Shown here in pieces: positions 35,700 to 40,294 of a DNA stretch of 40,294 nt. Every line of letters begins with the position of its first letter. The first letter of the stretch is position 1. The position numbers and the translations under genes were made by a program. The notes beneath the pieces are model-generated. The model was not told the origin of the DNA, did no database searches, and worked only from the letters and a program-made list of their open reading frames with translations. Source of the stretch: Octopus bimaculoides (lineage: Eukaryota); the NCBI RefSeq assembly GCF_001194135.2, contig NC_068981.1:67097478-67137771 (forward strand), written 5' to 3'.

Positions 35700-36215
35700 T
35701 TAATGAGGAGGAGGTAGAGTACAATGGCAATGTTGTTGTTGATGTTGAATGTGATGATGATACTCATCATAATGATAATGATATTGATGTTATTGTGGTT
35801 CTTGTTGATACTATTACAGCTACTGCTGATGATGATTATAATGATAATGATGATGATGATGACGATGACATCGTGACGATGATGATGACGACGATGACGA
35901 TGATAATGATGATGACGATGATAAATGCCGTTGCTTATGCTGTTGTGGTTGGGGACAATGATGTCAATTTTAAATGCCGTTGGTGTTGTTGTTGATAATG
36001 AAGATGATGATGATAATGTTAAAGACGATGATGATGATTATGATGATGATAATGAGGAGGAAGAGAAGGGGGGAGAGGAAGAGGAGGACATCGGCGTCAA
36101 CAACGAAGACGATGATGAGTGTGATCATGGCAATGATTATGATGAGGGCGAGTCTCACAACGATGTTGCTGAGCTGATAAGGACAAGGAAGGGCCGCAGC
36201 GCCAGTGACGATTAA
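34460..36215. repeat. Extended imperfect (ATG/GAT)n trinucleotide field
   Basis: Several arrays (34460-34645, 34740-34865, 35395-36200); source of the poly-M/D/H/S/I ORFs. Confidence 0.9.
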
Positions 36216-36989
36216 GGTTTCCTTGACGTTTACATTGAAAATGGTTTATTGTGTTGGATTTGTCGTTGTTGATTTAGGTATTGTTGTTTTTGTTCATGCT
36301 GTTGTTATTGTTGTCATTTCTGAAGGTGTCGAACACTTTTGCGAATATTAATACAACGTAAGAAGTAAAACGTAAATTGAGAAATGCCTATTTCAGAAAA
36401 CGGAACAGAAAAGTAAATGCAGCACGGTTTTATAGACGTATTAAATTTTAAAATATAGTACTCCGTATACACACACACACGCACATATAAATGTATATAT
36501 ATATACACACATACCCATATGTGCCCATATATATATATTTATATATGTATGTATACATAATATACACACATAGATACATACACATGAATATGCACTCAAA
36601 CACATTTACTTATGTACATACATATATAAAGATAAAGATTCTAGTTATATAACTGAGAATGCATTTATTCAATGACATACTCAAAATATGTAATGTAGAG
36701 TTAACGTATATTTACTTGAATACGATTGTTATAGATGCGCCATTGTCTTCCAGCTTCTCTTAAAACCTGATCAGGAACACAAAACTGAGTGTATATATAT
36801 ATATATGTGGGAGTGTGTGTGTATAGTCAGCCGATGAGAGGTGTACAAGTTTTATGTGCTTGTTGATTATGAACATTTTGTATGTTGTATTCTGTTGGTT
36901 TTAAGTTGTCCTTCATAGAAATTCCTGGTTTATGGGGGTTTTGTTGTTTATATTATACCATACATTGTTATTGCGTAATTGTTTTTCAT

Positions 36990-37310
36990 AGGGATTCAAA
37001 TTCTGGTGAGAGTAATACTCGTTTAAGAAAACTTCACTTGTAATCTACAATATTTGATTTATGTCATAATATGCTGTGGTTGTTTGCAAAACTACAATGG
37101 ACAAACTAGATTATCACTTAACAGAAGAATGACGGTTCATAAACAACAGATCAGGAAAAAACAGGAAAATTCCGTTAAGTGGATAGAGCAACATCTGCCG
37201 GAATGGAGCTGCTGAATTTTAAAATACTTCGTTTTACAACTGATCAGTCTCAACGAGGAACAACAACAAATAAACAAAGATTATGCTTTAGGAAATATAA
37301 ACCCCACCTG
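36990..37310 (+). mobile_element. Neptune-type PLE GIY-YIG domain fragment
   Basis: NFTCNLQYLIYVIICCGCLQNYNGQTRLSLNRRMTVHKQQIRK..KIPLSG..KYKPHL: LIY/CxxC/YxGQT/R..H motifs. Confidence 0.85.
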
Positions 37311-37429
37311 AAAGGTTGACAAACAATTTCTATGAATTACGAAGGGCGTTTTGGACACGTAAATGTGGGTGCACACACATATTCACATAAGGTGTGGATA
37401 TACATACATATACACATGCATGCTTACAT

Positions 37430-37468
<39 letters not shown>

Positions 37469-37489
37469 TTCCTTTATGCATTTGGCTTT

Positions 37490-37900
37490 TGTTGAAGGAG
37501 GGAATTCGATATTGTTGCCCTCTTCGAGTTTTTTGCCGTGGTGTAGGCATATTTAGGACCTTGGATAACAGAAGTTCAAGTTGTTTCTTGAAAGTCGTTT
37601 CTTTTTGCTTTTGTGGTCAACTTAGACCTATCACCATCCTTAAGATGCTTGCTTGTGCCTTCATCTTCATCTTTGGCTTCTTCTCCTTTTCCCGACAGAC
37701 ATTTACTTTGCTGCCGTTCTTCTCCAGAATGGTAATATCTGTTTTGTTGTGTTTCTCTCTCACAGAATTACAGTGACCCTTCTCGGATTCCATTGAGTTA
37801 GTTGGGAATATGTCAGTAGATTCTTTATTGCCTTTTTCAGTTTTATCCACCTCTTTGAATACACTGTTTAATAACTCAGTAATGTGCGATTTAAACAAGG
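37490..37900 (-). mobile_element. Possible PLE N-terminal fragment
   Basis: ORF 37617-37898 ending VIGLS, followed by KKQLELLLSKVLNMPTPR, resembling the VINLS..LLSKGLxFxPTP region of PLE ORFs. Confidence 0.4.
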
Positions 37901-38109
37901 CATACGAAAGAATTAATTAGTCATTCTCCCTTTGAGTTTGAGCCATGGTTCCGTGAAAACCAAAGCTCCTCGTGGTCTCTTAGAGGGTTTTGTGGTGATT
38001 CTTATGTTAAGTTCCATGCAATGAGCATTTTTTTTATTTCCTCAAACAGCCAGTTTCTTTGTATTTTCAAGGTAATGCAGTCTTAGCTGTAGTTGGCTTT
38101 GCTGTGGTC

Positions 38110-38570
38110 CATATTGCTGAGATAGGGAGAAAGAAATGTCAGGAAGACGTAGACAGAGAAATGCAGAGATAGGGGAGAGACAGAGAAAAGTTAATGAAAA
38201 TGAGGAGACAAAGTGAGAAGATAAAAGAAAAGAACGTAGAGATAGTCAGGAAAAGCAGAGAGAATAGGTGAAAGAAAGAGAGAGGTATAAGAAAGAGACG
38301 TTGAGAGAAACAGAGAGGAAGAAAAGAAGAGTAGAGAGGGTGAGAGATTGACAGGGTGAGAGATTGAGAGGGCAGAGAGAGAGAAGGTGAGAAAAAGAGT
38401 GCTAGAGATAGATGTAAATAGAAATGCAGAGACAGGAGCGAAAAATGTGGAGCTAAATCGATATAAATAGAAATGGAAAGATAGAAAGATCGATGTCAAT
38501 AAGGAGATGCCAGTATAGATATAAATAAAAGAGATAAAAACGAGTAAAAAGGAGAAAGAAATATATCTTA
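38110..38570. repeat. Degenerate GA-rich low-complexity tract
   Basis: Purine-rich decayed (GA)n. Confidence 0.7.
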
Positions 38571-38997
38571 CCTAGTTTCATCCATATTACCTACGTTATT
38601 TGTTATTGAAAAATATATACAAATCTTAGATTCTAGAAATTCCTGTATTTGGGTTTTTAGCAATCTACAAAATTATATTGGCTCATACAGATAGAATCTT
38701 TCGACAGTAATTTGTCGGAGAAAATTACAGTCGACGTAGATAACGAGTCTTATTTAATCAACCACGTGATGAAACGACTTTGATCTTTGACTTCGGAAAA
38801 TTCCATTCAACTGCATAAAGGCTGATCACATTAAAACTTTTTTTCGAATTACGGTATATTGGTAGTAATGTATTTAATCCTGAAACCAGGTAGATTTCAG
38901 TTCAAATCCACCTAGTTGGAATTTTTAAAGATTTTGCAGGAGGTTAACTTCTCATGGTTTAACAAACAAGTGCCAAACACACACACACACACACACA

Positions 38998-39253
38998 NNN
39001 NNNNNNNNNNNNNNNNNNNNNNNNNNNNNNNNNNNNNNNNNNNNNNNNNNNNNNNNNNNNNNNNNNNNNNNNNNNNNNNNNNNNNNNNNNNNNNNNNNNN
39101 NNNNNNNNNNNNNNNNNNNNNNNNNNNNNNNNNNNNNNNNNNNNNNNNNNNNNNNNNNNNNNNNNNNNNNNNNNNNNNNNNNNNNNNNNNNNNNNNNNNN
39201 NNNNNNNNNNNNNNNNNNNNNNNNNNNNNNNNNNNNNNNNNNNNNNNNNNNNN
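38998..39253. other. Assembly gap after (CA)n
   Basis: N run. Confidence 0.99.
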
Positions 39254-39388
39254 GCTTCCCAAGCACATGGTTTCGGGTTCAGTTCAACTGCGTGGCACCT
39301 TGGGCAAGTGTCTTCTACTATAACCTCGGGCCGACCAAAACCTTGTGAGTGGATGTGGTAGACAGAAACTGAAAGAAGCCCGTCGTAT
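39254..39388 (+). mobile_element. tRNA-derived SINE 5' half (head cut by gap), running into (TA)n
   Basis: B-box-like GGGTTCAGTTC, then CTGCGTGGCACCTTGGGCAAGTGTCTTCTACTATAACCTCGGGCCGACC..GAAACTGAAAGAAGCCCGTCG; related decayed copy at 8597. Confidence 0.8.
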
Positions 39389-39439
39389 ATATATATATAT
39401 ATATATATATAGATAGATAGATATTGTGGCAAGGCTGAT

Positions 39440-40285
39440 AAAGATAAAAAGAAGTAAAGGAAACAAAACCCGGAAGTCACTTTTACCCAGTGGTTCCTCA
39501 AAAGAATGGATCCCCCACCCCTGTGAACGACCAGGCAGAAAGGGATAGGGGAGCCAAGGAAGCAGAAACTAGAAACCTCTGTGTGCCAGTGGTCCTAGAA
39601 AGGAACGGAACCCTCACCCCATTGGACAACTAGAGGAAAAAAGCTTCCACCACAAGAAAAGGAAGGACAGAACACGAACACAAACATAAAAAAGGAAAGG
39701 AAGAAAAAGGAAACGACAAAGATTAAACAACCAAAACCGAAACCCCAGCCCACCAAACAAAAACGCTGAAAACCTCATGGCGGATCCAATGCAATCCAAA
39801 ATCCTACAGGAAATAAGAAATTTGGAAGGCACTCAAAGACCTGCAGATGTTACCAGCAAGCCAAATATTGGCATGGGTAAAACGGCAAAAACTGCCGGTT
39901 TGCTCACCCGAGACACCACTAAAACTACAGGGGACTTAAGGAGAAAAACTTCCCTGGGGAATGACAACAAACGTCTCCAAGGAAAAAATATACGAAAAAA
40001 GTGCGTTCTTCAGAGGTTATGTTCAAAGCAGCAGCTGAGCAAGTCTTTTTTGTACATGGCGCAAAAGATTGTGCAGCAGCTGACCTGGCTACACCAATCG
40101 CAAACAAGGAACCTTGCCCCTATTGCACAAGACCACCACAGTCAACAGACACGGGATGGCCTCCCCTAACGCCTGCACAGTAGTCACACCAATATTTTTA
40201 CTAAATATTGGGGGCCTGTTGCATCATAATAAAAGCAAAATTTCTTTCCTGAGATTCCTTGCTGCATCCAATCAAGCCCTACGCA
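39440..40285 (+). mobile_element. 5' part of a CR1/L2-group LINE: decayed ORF1 with CCCH-like fingers and start of ORF2 APE domain
   Basis: CRCYQQAKYWHG*NGKNCRFAHP (39842-39910), ..VRSSEV..FFVHG; then PIFLLNIGGLLHHNKSKISFLRFLAASN (APE N-terminus, ~40189-40275); truncated by (TA)n at the window end. Confidence 0.6.
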
Positions 40286-40294
40286 TATATATAT

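Noticed and set aside
34405-36215. Poly-Met/Asp/His/Ser/Ile ORFs; likewise poly-N/Y/L ORFs at 26981-27653 and IYLS repeats at 29145-29717
   Set aside because: Translations of microsatellites; no independent coding signal.

Overview
Eukaryotic, AT-rich, repeat-saturated draft-assembly sequence with six N gaps, most of them next to microsatellites. The repeat repertoire (tRNA-derived SINEs, dense TA/CA/GA/TCTA/TATG/TAA/ATG microsatellites, Penelope-like elements) most resembles an octopod cephalopod; this is inferred from recalled repeat families, not from a search. No host protein-coding gene can be called confidently, only a few speculative short exons. The window holds nested retroelement remnants: (i) a decayed Naiad-type Penelope-like element (PLE) at 3.0-4.3 kb plus two related linker fragments; (ii) three co-oriented restriction-like-endonuclease (RLE) non-LTR fragments at 5.2-10.7 kb, one split by a 2.3-kb ORF1-only L1/Tx1-like unit with 121-bp terminal direct repeats; (iii) at 21.9-27.4 kb a Neptune-type PLE interrupted by a young PLE whose two 3' ends point outward. 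That young PLE's 3' region carries a tRNA-like Pol III promoter, a (TAA)n tract and a minimal type I hammerhead ribozyme; (iv) CR1/L2-group LINE pieces, several SINEs and a mariner-type MITE. The two best candidates for something unusual are the tRNA-head/hammerhead/PLE 3' module and the terminally redundant ORF1-only unit. All translations and alignments were done by eye; boundaries of old elements are approximate.
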